12,244 nt of DNA from a virus (taxonomy: Duplodnaviria > Heunggongvirae > Uroviricota > Caudoviricetes): IMG/VR virus record IMGVR_UViG_3300027312_000135. The stretch is one strand, 5' to 3'. The translations under genes and the position numbers were made by a program. The notes below the pieces were generated by a model. It did not search any database, was not told the DNA's origin, and saw nothing but the letters and a program-made list of their open reading frames with translations. Every line of letters begins with the position of its first letter. Position 1 is the stretch's first letter. Below, one piece after another: positions 1 through 6,095 of this stretch.

Positions 1-198
1 GCCGCGCCGGATGAGCCAGTCGCTGATTTCGCTGTACCACATGTGGGATAAGGCGTTCTGGTTGAGGCTGCGCTTCTCGCGCCACGGCTTGATGATCAGC
101 CGGTAGGTTTCGCCAGAGTCGAGCATAGGGAGGATTTGCTGCCCGATGGCGTTGAAGTTCGACCTATGAAGCCGTATGCCGTCCTTCGGTATCTCCAT
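1..198 (-). CDS. ninB: NinB/Orf-family recombination protein, N-terminal part (gene runs off the window start)
   Basis: ATG at 198..196 preceded by an AAGGAGG SD 6 nt upstream. Translation MEIPKDGIRLHRSNFNAIGQQILPMLDSGETYRLIIKPWREKRSLNQNALSHMWYSEISDWLIRRG carries the QQILP and RSL(D/N)QN motifs I recall from lambda NinB. Confidence 0.7.
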   Translation of the reverse strand, partial: MEIPKDGIRLHRSNFNAIGQQILPMLDSGETYRLIIKPWREKRSLNQNALSHMWYSEISDWLIRRG

Positions 199-388
199 CA
201 ACAACCTCCTTCAGTTGCTGAATAATTAGCCGCATATCATCCTCAAGGCGACCAACAGCGCGGTCAGAGAGCGGGTTGTCACCGCGATGGACCATGAGGA
301 GCTGCTGAGAGGCGTTTACGGCGTTGATGTAGGCGTTGCAAATTTGGCGGAATTGACGTTTTGAGATGGTGACTTGCTTGCTGCTCAA
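164..388 (-). CDS. Hypothetical small nin-region protein (74 aa)
   Basis: Track ORF with a TTG start at 388..386 overlapping the TGA stop of the upstream ORF (TTGA), and a GGAGG SD just upstream. Overlaps the ninB start by about 35 nt. No family recognised. Confidence 0.45.
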   Translation of the reverse strand: MSSKQVTISKRQFRQICNAYINAVNASQQLLMVHRGDNPLSDRAVGRLEDDMRLIIQQLKEVVDGDTEGRHTAS

Positions 389-561
389 GTTTCCTCCTGC
401 TTGCTACAGGCGAGCCATGCGGCCTGCCAGCACTTCCACGCGTTAACTGTAGCGGGATCGTCGTACTCACCCTCATAGGTATGAAGGTCGAATCCCAACG
501 AATCAGCCCAAATCTCGAACTCCAGGTTACAGAACTCAAAATTTATTTTATCGTTTTTCAT
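385..561 (-). CDS. Hypothetical small protein (58 aa), paralogous to the C-terminus of the upstream ORF
   Basis: Not in the track (under 60 aa). ATG at 561..559 overlaps the TGA stop of ORF 558..908 (ATGA). Translation MKNDKINFEFCNLEFEIWADSLGFDLHTYEGEYDDPATVNAWKCWQAAWLACSKQEET; the tail W..WQAA...KQEET matches ...FGFWMAWQAALSSKQEST of ORF 558..908. Confidence 0.5.
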   Translation of the reverse strand: MKNDKINFEFCNLEFEIWADSLGFDLHTYEGEYDDPATVNAWKCWQAAWLACSKQEET

Positions 562-908
562 GTGCTCTCCTGCTTACTACTTAAGGCTGCCTGCCATGCC
601 ATCCAGAAGCCAAATTTGATATGTGGCACTGCGTCGGTATATTTCGAGGATTCGAGATGCTTGTATTCAGCCTCAAACCACGCCTCAAACCTCTGCCGCT
701 CTAGCTCAGCTTTATCACTCATAGTTGTTACCGGATTATCAGAACGCGAGCAACTCATAAGGTCGATAGCTTCTTTTGCCAGCGTGCGGATATGCGTCAG
801 CGTGTCCTGCGATGCCGGTTGCTTCCGGGCGACGTCAATGATCGCCAGCACCAGGTTGCGTGTCTGGTCCTGTGTGGGCCGGATAATCAGCTGTGTTACC
901 TGCGTCAT
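558..908 (-). CDS. Hypothetical nin-region protein (116 aa)
   Basis: Track ORF; ATG at 908..906 overlaps the TGA stop of the upstream 51 aa ORF (ATGA), so it is translationally coupled. No family recognised. Confidence 0.55.
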   Translation of the reverse strand: MTQVTQLIIRPTQDQTRNLVLAIIDVARKQPASQDTLTHIRTLAKEAIDLMSCSRSDNPVTTMSDKAELERQRFEAWFEAEYKHLESSKYTDAVPHIKFGFWMAWQAALSSKQEST

Positions 909-1060
909 GCTCTTGCCCCTTCCCGTCCTGCCAGCCAGAAGAAAAACGCGCGGTCGACAACCTCATCCTGATAGCCGAGGTGCGATCGGGTCATGCTGTG
1001 CTTGTCGCCGTGAACGCTGTGATAAAAACGCTCGAAGCTTCTTCTGATGCTTTCGCTCAT
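905..1060 (-). CDS. Hypothetical small protein (51 aa)
   Basis: Not in the track. ATG at 1060..1058 with a GGAGATAATC SD region immediately after the P stop (1063..1065); TGA stop overlaps the next ATG. Translation MSESIRRSFERFYHSVHGDKHSMTRSHLGYQDEVVDRAFFFWLAGREGARA. Confidence 0.4.
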   Translation of the reverse strand: MSESIRRSFERFYHSVHGDKHSMTRSHLGYQDEVVDRAFFFWLAGREGARA

Positions 1061-1062
1061 GA

Positions 1063-1755
1063 TTATCTCCCTTTCCTGACGAGAGCTTTCAGCCGGGCAA
1101 CGTTGTCCAGTGCCTTTTCGCTGGCTGTAGGCATGTAGAGCTTTTCCAGCTGCGCGCGCGGTGGGGGAATTTCTTCACCAGACTCGATGCGCGATGCCAT
1201 TTTGCGAAGCTCGGCGCGGCACTTTGCGCGCAGCTCAGGCTCAGAGAGGTTATTGGCGCGCATGGTGCTGTACAGTCCGGTGACCATCCAGTATGCGGCG
1301 TTGCTTTCCCACGGATACGCCTCGGGGCTGTCGATCAGACCGCGGCGGGCGGAGTACTTCATCACCATGTCATACAGACCGTCTTCGTCCGGCAGACCAG
1401 CGGAGCGGAGCTCGCCCTGCTTGCACCACTCGATAAATTGCCCAGGCGACGGCCAGAACGGCGAGGCACTGGCGCGGGCGTGCTTCATGCCGGCCGACAG
1501 CTGCTGCTTCGTGCTGATGTCGTTTTCAGCGAAGGCGGCGAGCCACTGACGCTTGGCTGAGGCTTCGTCGCGCGGATCCTTCAGCGCAGTGCTGACCGAT
1601 GCGGGAAAAACCTGCTTCAGGCTCATGAACAGCATGTCGACCAGACGCTCAACGGTTTCGTTAACGCCACGATCCACCGGCTGTGGGCCATCACCAGCCA
1701 TGCGGGCCAGCGCGCTGCTGTCGCGGTTGTTTATTGCGGCTACGAGATTTCTCAT
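1063..1755 (-). CDS. P: Lambda P-like replication protein (helicase loader)
   Basis: Translation (from M7 of the track ORF) shows blocks I recall from lambda P: SPGQFIEWC, YPWESNAAYWMVTGLYSTMRANNLSEPELR, RQWLAAFAENDIS. The ATG at 1755..1753 overlaps the O stop (ATGA). Confidence 0.85.
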   Translation of the reverse strand: MRNLVAAINNRDSSALARMAGDGPQPVDRGVNETVERLVDMLFMSLKQVFPASVSTALKDPRDEASAKRQWLAAFAENDISTKQQLSAGMKHARASASPFWPSPGQFIEWCKQGELRSAGLPDEDGLYDMVMKYSARRGLIDSPEAYPWESNAAYWMVTGLYSTMRANNLSEPELRAKCRAELRKMASRIESGEEIPPPRAQLEKLYMPTASEKALDNVARLKALVRKGR

Positions 1756-2675
1756 ATGAAATTTTCCTCCCACTCTCTGCGGTCGTTCCAGTGTGGAATC
1801 TGCTGCTGTGAACTGGATGGCGCGTTGCGGGCCGGCTGGCTCATCTGCGCTTTAAGGGTCGCCCACTGCTTTCGCAGCTTCGACGGGCTGAGGATGTTGG
1901 TCTGCCAGAACTGATTGCCGTTCGCCCAGGTGAAGACTTCGCAGATTTCCCGGTGGCTGACCTTCAGGGAATCGCGCATCAGGCGAATGTCGTTTGCCCA
2001 GGCTGGCCAGTTGGGTTGCTGTGCTGTCGGGGTGATCACCTGAACCTTGCTGAAAATCCACTGAGCAGCCAGAAGGTCTTCAGCGGTTCCCCACTTATCG
2101 CCCTTAGGTGAATGAACCGCTGCATCAGGCCGAACAACAGGAAGACTTTTCAGACGCTCGTCAGAGGATTCGCCAGAATTCTCGGACGTATGTTTAATGT
2201 CTTTTTTGTCTTTTGTAATAGTGTCTTTTGTGTGTCCCTGTTTTGGTGACATCCCTGTCACTGTTTTGGTGACACTTTTTGTCACTGTTTTGGTGACGGT
2301 GACACCATCTTGGTGACACTCTGGAATTTGCCACTCAGCGAGGTTCTTATTAGGCCCGATTAGCATGCCTTCCCGGACCAGAACACCCATCTGAATAAGC
2401 TCGTTTTTCGCCTTGTTCACCTTCTGCCTGGGCAGTCTGGTGAGCTGGCTTATCTGGCTGTCAGCAATGCGATCCATCTTTTTGTTGAAGCCGTATGTTT
2501 TCCGGCAAACAGCATGCGCAACCTTCGCCTGGTTCCTGGTCAGGTTGGCCCCTATCAGCTCTTCGTACAGCTCGTTTGCCAGACGCGTATATCCGTCGTC
2601 TGTGTCTGCCACACGTTGCTCCACGGCCCGGAGTTCGGGCCTGATTGGCGTTACATTTGCGAGAGCGAGGCTCAT
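1752..2675 (-). CDS. O: Lambda O-like replication initiator
   Basis: The N-terminal region (VADTDDGYTRLANELYEE...RKTYGFNKKMDRIADSQISQLTRLP...GPNKNLAEWQIPE) closely matches the lambda O N-terminal domain as I recall it. The central KTVTKTVTKSVTKTVT linker is encoded by the iteron repeats. Start overlaps the ParB-like stop. Confidence 0.9.
   Translation of the reverse strand: MSLALANVTPIRPELRAVEQRVADTDDGYTRLANELYEELIGANLTRNQAKVAHAVCRKTYGFNKKMDRIADSQISQLTRLPRQKVNKAKNELIQMGVLVREGMLIGPNKNLAEWQIPECHQDGVTVTKTVTKSVTKTVTGMSPKQGHTKDTITKDKKDIKHTSENSGESSDERLKSLPVVRPDAAVHSPKGDKWGTAEDLLAAQWIFSKVQVITPTAQQPNWPAWANDIRLMRDSLKVSHREICEVFTWANGNQFWQTNILSPSKLRKQWATLKAQMSQPARNAPSSSQQQIPHWNDRREWEENFI
2234..2317. repeat. 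Replication origin iterons inside the O gene, with adjacent AT-rich region (about 2195..2233)
   Basis: Three direct copies of the 17-mer GTCACTGTTTTGGTGAC (first copy GTCCC variant) at 2234..2250, 2257..2273 and 2281..2297, each with inverted-repeat arms, plus a degenerate fourth at about 2299..2317. A T-rich stretch (tgtcttttttgtcttttgtaatagtgtcttttgtg) lies downstream in the O reading direction, as in ori-lambda. Confidence 0.7.
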
Positions 2676-3475
2676 TTTGCCTCCTCCGGCTCTGTTGCAT
2701 CACCTAACACCCAACGGAGCGCTGCGGCGTAATCGCCGGTTGTCTCTGTCAGTGCCTGGGTAATTTCTTTGCGGGATCTCATGCGGGGTTTGCTTTCGCC
2801 CATCACGGCGCGCTGACGGCGGGCTCTTTCATGGCCCTTCGCTTCTGCACCGACTTGCGTTAGTTCTTTCACCTTGGCGCGCTGCTCTTCAGGCGGCATT
2901 GTTGACAGCTGGCGAGCATGCGTGACCGTCACCTGTCCGCCCTCTACTGCGTCCTGCACAGCCTGCGTGCAGTCCAGCAGTGCCAGGGTAGCTTTTACAG
3001 TCTGAAGGCTGCAGCCGAAAAGCAGCCCTAAATCCTGCTCATCGTGTCCGCGTTCAATCATCGCCGCCATTTTCTTTGCCCGCCCAAGGGGCGTATCGGC
3101 GCGCCGGATTTCGTTCGCGCTGACCATGTACTGGGACATGCGCACTGCCGATCCCCGCTTAGCGATTGCTGGCACGAGTACCGGTTCTTTACCTTCTGCC
3201 GCCAGGCGAATATTAGCCTCCAGGCTATGCCGGACCCGCTGACGACCGTCGACAACGCAGACCTTGCCGGATTCGGGATCTTTCCAGCACAGAACAGGCT
3301 CCAGAACGCCCTGATCCATGATGTTCAGCACCATCGCTTCGTCGATAGGCAGGTGAATGCGCTCGTCATAAAGCGGGTGTGATGGGTTGGTAACCAGGTA
3401 CAGGGCGCCCGGTTCGAAAAACAGCACGTTGCTTTTGCCGCTGGCGCCGTAAGCGTCGATTGAGTTCTTAGCCAT
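2672..3475 (-). CDS. ParB-like nuclease domain protein
   Basis: Track ORF with a GGAGG SD 5 nt before the ATG at 3475. Contains a VVDGRQRVRHSLEAN block resembling the ParB/Srx N-terminal arginine motif. Sits in the usual position between cII and O. Confidence 0.7.
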   Translation of the reverse strand: MAKNSIDAYGASGKSNVLFFEPGALYLVTNPSHPLYDERIHLPIDEAMVLNIMDQGVLEPVLCWKDPESGKVCVVDGRQRVRHSLEANIRLAAEGKEPVLVPAIAKRGSAVRMSQYMVSANEIRRADTPLGRAKKMAAMIERGHDEQDLGLLFGCSLQTVKATLALLDCTQAVQDAVEGGQVTVTHARQLSTMPPEEQRAKVKELTQVGAEAKGHERARRQRAVMGESKPRMRSRKEITQALTETTGDYAAALRWVLGDATEPEEAK

Positions 3476-3549
3476 TGGCGCCTCCGAGATTGAAAACTTC
3501 AGCTACTTGTTTCATAATTACTCCTGTGAATTGATCCAGTCTTTTCGCA

Positions 3550-3849
3550 TCAGGCCTCGAAGCTGTTCGCGCAGCTCGGGGCCTTTTCTTTGGTAAGAAG
3601 CTGCTCAATGCGAAGCAGTCTTTGCGCCACTTCAGATTCCGGCGACACAACATCGAGGTAAGCCATAGCGAGGCTCATCATCTGGAAGAAGCTGTGTTTC
3701 TGCATTCCCGATCTGCGCTTCATTCGGCTTATGGTCGCTTCATCCATATCAAGCACTTTCGCCAGAGTTCCTTGTCCGCGTTCAGCCAGCTTGTTCAGTA
3801 ACTGACTTTCGATTTCTCGCGCTTTTTTGCGATAACTTGCAATTTCCAT
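3550..3849 (-). CDS. cII: CII-like transcriptional activator
   Basis: Translation MEIASYRKKAREIESQLLNKLAERGQGTLAKVLDMDEATISRMKRR... parallels lambda CII (IESALLNKIA...VGVDKSQISRWKR) as recalled. Located downstream of cro and nutR. Confidence 0.8.
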   Translation of the reverse strand: MEIASYRKKAREIESQLLNKLAERGQGTLAKVLDMDEATISRMKRRSGMQKHSFFQMMSLAMAYLDVVSPESEVAQRLLRIEQLLTKEKAPSCANSFEA

Positions 3850-3912
3850 GACGTAATATCTCTTTCGTTGAATAAGTTGCGTGACATTGCGGTGAGCAAG
3901 TCACTTAAGGTT

Positions 3913-3954
3913 TCCCCACACGGGCGGGGACGGGTTTCAGAGTGTTAAAGAGCG
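3913..3954 (-). promoter_or_regulatory. nutR-like site: boxA plus boxB hairpin on the minus strand, just after cro
   Basis: Minus-strand sequence CGCTCTTTAACA (rc of 3943..3954) matches the boxA consensus, followed 12 nt later by the hairpin TCCCCGCCCGTGTGGGGA. Both elements are near-identical to the plus-strand site at 5286..5332. Confidence 0.6.
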
Positions 3955-3960
3955 GTGTTA

Positions 3961-4176
3961 CTAAGAGGCGGCTAACAGGTCTGCAAGATCAGGGCGAATC
4001 TCGAACGGTTTAACTCGACCCTGCGTGGCCTTGGATATTGCCAACACATATTTGGCATCTATGCCGCCTCCGTGTAGCCAACGCCAAACGGTCGGCTGTT
4101 TGACGCCGCAGAGATCAGCCAGCTTTTGCTGACTTCCTGCGATGTTCACAGCCCTTTGAATAGCTTTGTTAGTCAT
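3961..4176 (-). CDS. cro: Cro-like HTH repressor (YdaS/Cro family), 71 aa
   Basis: Start taken at the internal ATG 4176..4174 (MTNKAIQRAVNIAGSQQKLADLCGVKQPTVWRWL...), with an AAAGGA SD 6 nt upstream. The track's upstream extension would overlap PR and the operators. Diverges from cI. Confidence 0.75.
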   Translation of the reverse strand: MTNKAIQRAVNIAGSQQKLADLCGVKQPTVWRWLHGGGIDAKYVLAISKATQGRVKPFEIRPDLADLLAAS

Positions 4177-4207
4177 AGCAATTCCTTTACGTATTATCAC
4201 AGCAGGA

Positions 4208-4236
4208 ATAATAGCAATGAGTATTGGTAAAGGCAA
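4208..4236 (-). promoter_or_regulatory. PR-like promoter for cro (-35 TTGCCT, 17 bp spacer, -10 TATTAT on the minus strand), overlapped by ATAGCAAT operator motifs
   Basis: The rc of 4231..4236 is TTGCCT and the rc of 4208..4213 is TATTAT, with a 17 nt spacer. ATAGCAAT occurs at 4176..4183 and 4211..4218, and GCAATAGC at 4233..4240. Confidence 0.55.
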
Positions 4237-4248
4237 TAGCTTTCCACA

Positions 4249-4276
4249 TTTGACGGTTAATACGCCTAGCTATAAA
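4249..4276 (+). promoter_or_regulatory. PRM-like promoter for cI (-35 TTGACG, 16 bp spacer, -10 TATAAA), giving a leaderless or near-leaderless cI mRNA
   Basis: TTGACG at 4249..4254 and TATAAA at 4271..4276. The cI ATG at 4286 is about 10 nt past the -10, as for leaderless lambda cI from PRM. Confidence 0.5.
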
Positions 4277-4285
4277 TTGCGGGGT

Positions 4286-4909
4286 ATGAATAAAACTCTC
4301 GCAGAAAGATTGGCTAAGGCCATGCAAGAAAGGGATATGTCCCAGGGTGCTTTAGCTAAAGCATCGGGTGTAGCCCAACCAACTATCTGGCGCCTAGTCA
4401 AAGGTGAGGCCAAGGGTTCGACTCGTCTGGTTGATATTGCGCGCGCTCTGTCGGTGAGCGTTGAGTGGCTGGCTAACGGAACTGGGTCGATGGATGCTCA
4501 GGAAAAGATGACTTATCCTCAGCCACCAGCCAATGAGATGAAGCTCGGAGGGGTGTTTCCTGTTCCTGTCTTTGATCGCTCTAATGAACAAACACATGAC
4601 TATGTGTATGTCCCAAATTCAGTAGAGAGTGATAGCTGTAGAGCTTATATCTTAGAGCGAAATAGCGGGTGTTATGAAGCCCCTGCAGGAACTGTTGTCG
4701 TAGTAGACACAAAGGAAGAAGCTGGTAATGGTGATCTGGTTTACGCCAAAGTTAACGGGGCGTATTCCGTCTATAAATTTGTTGACGGCGGATCCACGGG
4801 TTATCTGTCAGTAGATGATGATCGCGTTCCTCTCGTACCTGCGACAACCGATTCATCCGTAATAGGCGTCGTCGTTTTCCTGCTGCGTGATCTGAAGCGC
4901 AAAAAGTAA
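4286..4909 (+). CDS. cI: CI-like repressor: N-terminal HTH (XRE type) plus C-terminal LexA/S24-like domain
   Basis: MNKTLAERLAKAMQERDMSQGALAKASGVAQPTIWRLVKGE is a typical HTH. The C-terminal ...ILERNSGCYEAPAGTVVVVD...VYKFVDGG parallels lambda CI VEGNSMTAP...LILVD...FKKL around the Ser/Lys region. An alternative start at 4217 is possible but would overlap both promoters. Confidence 0.85.
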   Translation: MNKTLAERLAKAMQERDMSQGALAKASGVAQPTIWRLVKGEAKGSTRLVDIARALSVSVEWLANGTGSMDAQEKMTYPQPPANEMKLGGVFPVPVFDRSNEQTHDYVYVPNSVESDSCRAYILERNSGCYEAPAGTVVVVDTKEEAGNGDLVYAKVNGAYSVYKFVDGGSTGYLSVDDDRVPLVPATTDSSVIGVVVFLLRDLKRKK

Positions 4910-4925
4910 TCCTCTTCATTTTTAG

Positions 4926-4962
4926 GGGGGGTGTATTCTGTATACCCTCCTTGCTTATTTCT
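4926..4962 (+). terminator. Candidate intrinsic terminator after cI
   Basis: Hairpin GGGGGGTGTA / loop TTCTG / TATACCCTCC (10 bp stem with 2 G.U pairs) followed by the T-rich TTGCTTATTTCT. Confidence 0.4.
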
Positions 4963-5182
4963 AAGCAAAGCCGTCGCCATAATCCCTCCCCCTTTTCAAT
5001 CAAATCAGCATTTTATATTTTGAGTCCACCCAAAACACTGTTGTTTTAAACAGTAGTTTTCATAGTGAAACACATCCTCTTATAAATCAAGCAGAGCGTG
5101 ACGCTTTTTTTCTACCCTTCTCAAATCAGTAGCTTGCCACCATAAAACACTAATTTTTTTCGATACGAAATCATTCACTTAT

Positions 5183-5242
5183 GCGTATTGCTATTGAAAT
5201 ATTACCAATACGTATTGCTATGAATAATACGCAATGCTATTG
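5183..5242. promoter_or_regulatory. OL-like operator cluster, three direct repeats (R)CG(Y)ATTGCTAT(T)G, probably overlapping PL
   Basis: GCGTATTGCTATTG at 5183..5196, ACGTATTGCTATG at 5210..5222 and ACGCAATGCTATTG at 5229..5242. The ATTGCTAT core is the reverse complement of the ATAGCAAT motifs in the cro/cI intergenic region. The PL hexamers could not be placed confidently. Confidence 0.45.
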
Positions 5243-5285
5243 TCTACCCCATCAGCAGGACGCAGTACCCAACAGGATGTTGGAT

Positions 5286-5332
5286 CGCTCTTTAACATTG
5301 ATGGGGTTTATTTCTCCCGCCCTTGTGGGAGA
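5286..5332 (+). promoter_or_regulatory. nutL-like site: boxA CGCTCTTTAACA plus boxB hairpin
   Basis: boxA at 5286..5297 is identical to the minus-strand copy at 3943..3954. The boxB hairpin TCTCCC-GCCCTTGT-GGGAGA at 5313..5332 shares the core CCCGCCC(T/G)TGTGGG with the nutR copy. Lies upstream of the N-like ORF. Confidence 0.6.
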
Positions 5333-5515
5333 CCAAAGAGCAGTTGGCTTTGGGATTGGATGAATGCGCAGGCATGGCTGGGATTAGCGAGTATTCCCGG
5401 CGTCGGCTGAAGCCGCTGGATAACAAACCCGCCTTGAGCGGTGGCAAAACCAGCGCGAGTGAACAGCGAGGAGCACCGGCCATCCAATCACCTAAGCCAA
5501 CTACCGGAGGTAAAT

Positions 5516-5785
5516 ATGTTTGCAGCTACCAACAGCGTCAGCCGTCGCTACCTCAAGCGTGGCGAACTGATCGCAAAACGCCGGGCAGAAGCGGCTGAAA
5601 GTAAAGCCCGCGTTGACGCCAGTGCTGAGCGCGTTTCGCGCGCTGTATCGGCGCCGAGCCTTCGTGAGAAACAAGACGTAGTAGCGCTACGCGTTAGTAC
5701 TAAATATCAGAAAATCAGCAACGAAGCTGGCCGTCAGATTCACGCTGTACAGAAGATCCGCGGAAAAAGCATTCCGCTTATCTAA
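5516..5785 (+). CDS. Putative N-like transcription antitermination protein (89 aa, basic, Arg-rich N-terminus)
   Basis: ATG at 5516 with a GGAGGT SD 5 nt upstream. N-terminus MFAATNSVSRRYLKRGELIAKRRAEAAESKAR is arginine-rich like an N-type ARM. First gene after nutL, with nut sites on both divergent transcripts. No sequence similarity to lambda N is claimed. Confidence 0.5.
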   Translation: MFAATNSVSRRYLKRGELIAKRRAEAAESKARVDASAERVSRAVSAPSLREKQDVVALRVSTKYQKISNEAGRQIHAVQKIRGKSIPLI

Positions 5786-6093
5786 TGGCTTTCGATCCAG
5801 TCAGTACGCTGATGAACGAGATGAAGCTGATAGAGGTTATTAGCTTCTGCTCGCCTTCCACAGTTACAGCAGATAGCGCCATGAGGGGTATTTTTTTCTG
5901 CGTCTTTGAAGGTGAACTGAAATCAGCGTGCTCCACATTCAGGGCACCGAAACTTAACACGGCCCATGAGGAGACTCCGTTTTGGTTTTGCTTAGTGATA
6001 GGTAACCCTAACATTCCTTCCAGCTTTAGCCAGCAAAAAATGAACTTACTGCCGCATAAGCGGCTTTTTTTACGCCCAAATTCAGGAGAGTAA
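5785..6093 (+). CDS. Hypothetical Cys/Phe-rich ORF (102 aa), uncertain
   Basis: ATG overlaps the N-like stop (TAATG), but the composition is odd, no SD is evident, and its 3' end contains an intrinsic terminator. Confidence 0.3.
   Translation: MAFDPVSTLMNEMKLIEVISFCSPSTVTADSAMRGIFFCVFEGELKSACSTFRAPKLNTAHEETPFWFCLVIGNPNIPSSFSQQKMNLLPHKRLFLRPNSGE
6051..6071 (+). terminator. Intrinsic terminator (GCCGC-ATAA-GCGGC followed by T7)
   Basis: Perfect 5 bp GC stem, 4 nt loop, then TTTTTTT at 6065..6071. The downstream linker ACGCCCAAATT is repeated at 10943..10953. Confidence 0.5.
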
Positions 6094-6095
6094 CG

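Noticed and set aside
481-1047. Plus-strand ORFs 481..1047 (188 aa) and 893..1138 (81 aa)
   Set aside because: Antisense to the tightly coupled minus-strand gene chain; Cys/Ser/Arg-rich low-complexity translation, no SD. Typical shadow ORFs.
1187-1759. Plus-strand ORFs 1187..1549 and 1553..1759
   Set aside because: Lie entirely antisense to the well-supported P-like gene; composition is Ser/Arg/Ala-rich as expected for the GC-rich antisense frame.
2234-2317. Short direct repeats considered as a possible CRISPR array
   Set aside because: Only 3-4 copies of a 17 bp dyad unit at 23-24 bp spacing with no unique spacers, inside the O coding sequence next to an AT-rich tract. This is an iteron origin, not CRISPR.
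2413-3382. ORFs 2413..2763 (+), 2461..2703 (-), 2514..2732 (+), 3044..3382 (+), 3058..3255 (-), 1852..2061 (-)
   Set aside because: All are nested in or antisense to the O-like and ParB-like genes, which have clear family motifs and proper starts.
3468-3653. Minus-strand ORF 3468..3653 (61 aa)
   Set aside because: Overlaps the cII 3' end in another frame and the ParB-like start. Only its last 15 codons (MKQVAEVFNLGGANG) follow an SD, which is too short to call.
4166-4285. Upstream extensions of cI (from 4166 or 4217) and of cro (to 4236) given by the ORF track
   Set aside because: The extensions would run through the divergent PR/PRM promoters and operator motifs. Internal ATGs at 4286 (cI) and 4176 (cro) begin at the HTH domains and leave a lambda-like intergenic switch region.
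4394-5003. Minus-strand ORFs 4394..4597 and 4752..5003
   Set aside because: Antisense to cI or running into the cI 3' end; no SD; basic low-complexity translations.
5094-5111. Weak hairpin AGCG-TGA-CGCT followed by T7, considered as a second cI terminator or small-RNA terminator
   Set aside because: The stem is only 3-4 bp. Possibly functional, but too weak to call from sequence alone.
5181-5598. ORFs 5181..5363 (+), 5292..5483 (-), 5323..5598 (+) and the upstream extension 5441..5515 of the N-like ORF
   Set aside because: These frames are built from the operator repeats and the nutL boxA/boxB. The strong SD sits immediately before the ATG at 5516, so the upstream codons are unlikely to be translated.
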